Source: a virus. From it: DNA of 64,000 bases. The notes under the pieces were generated by a model, which searched no databases, was not told the DNA's origin, and was given only the letters and a program-made list of their open reading frames with translations. Positions 63,552 to 64,000 of this stretch are shown here, piece after piece (positions within the stretch are counted from its first letter, which is position 1; each line of letters begins with the position of its first letter). The stretch is taken from the IMG/VR virus record IMGVR_UViG_3300031857_000027; one strand, given 5' to 3'. The position numbers were made by a program, and so were the translations under genes.

Positions 63552-64000
63552 TTACTCTACATCATCATCTAGAAATTGTTCAAGACCCTCCGACTTCTTT
63601 TCTTTTTTCTTTTTCTTATTTTCCTCAAAGTTATGAATGAACTCTGAGATGTTATCATACAACTCAAACTGCTTCATGTTACCATTTTCATCTTCATACA
63701 TCTCACCCTCATCAAGCAAACCAAACTGTTGTGTGGCTTTATACTTCACATACAGTTGCTTCTTCTCACGCATAATTCTACGCAGAAAAGCATAGTAAAT
63801 TATCTGTGTGAAGTAAGCAAATGGATTCTTTGATTTGGCAGGATCAAAGTTACGAAAATACATCAGACAGTTTTCAACACCATCTGATATCATCTCATCA
63901 CGGTATGTGTATGAAATAAAGTTTGGCTTACGTGATAGGTGTTCTGCAATCTTTAGAAAGCATTCGCCAATGTAATCTGGTATCTTTGGCTCTGGTTTAT
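63552..64000 (-). CDS. late sigma factor (T4 gp55), 5'-truncated by the window end
   Basis: Frame stays open to 64000: YIGECFLKIAEHLS.KPNF..Y.YRDEMISDG; NPFAYFTQI. Confidence 0.93.
   Translation of the reverse strand, partial: KPEPKIPDYIGECFLKIAEHLSRKPNFISYTYRDEMISDGVENCLMYFRNFDPAKSKNPFAYFTQIIYYAFLRRIMREKKQLYVKYKATQQFGLLDEGEMYEDENGNMKQFELYDNISEFIHNFEENKKKKKEKKSEGLEQFLDDDVE

Noticed and set aside
1-64000. Stop-codon reassignment
   Set aside because: Core genes are full length under code 11, TAA, TAG and TGA all end genes, and no suppressor tRNA is present

Overview
A 64-kb segment of a large T4-like (Tevenvirinae-type) myophage genome. Essentially all genes are on the minus strand and the standard genetic code fits. 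The host is probably an aquatic proteobacterium, inferred from the PstS, OprP-type porin, ErpA and PBP7-like genes. Read in transcription order (64 kb to 1 kb), the window holds: (1) gp55/47/46 and peptide deformylase; (2) an early region of consensus sigma70 promoters embedded in stem-loops, with DruA-like, VWA plus MoxR/CobS AAA, GmrSD-like and HTH genes; (3) the replication core (gp45, gp44, gp62, regA, hsp20, dCMP deaminase, gp43, uvsX, gp41), with a putative restriction-modification pair wedged between gp44 and gp62; (4) a late block with a ligase-like protein, ErpA and an 8-gene sugar/cyclitol cluster built around a sedoheptulose-7-phosphate cyclase (EEVS-like); (5) a cluster of apparent head-packaged polyproteins with T4-type capsid-targeting N-termini and repeated acidic prohead-protease-type linkers, which embed a HicA toxin domain, a HIGH-family nucleotidyltransferase and a zeta-like P-loop kinase; (6) a lysis cassette, primase, thyX, nrdA/trx/nrdB; (7) a phosphate-scavenging block (PstS, OprP porin, secreted nuclease), gmhA, a PBP7-like peptidase and three tRNAs. 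The two best candidates for undescribed systems are the protease-processed injected polyproteins and the phage cyclitol (pseudosugar) pathway. All family calls come from motif recognition by eye; no database searches were run.
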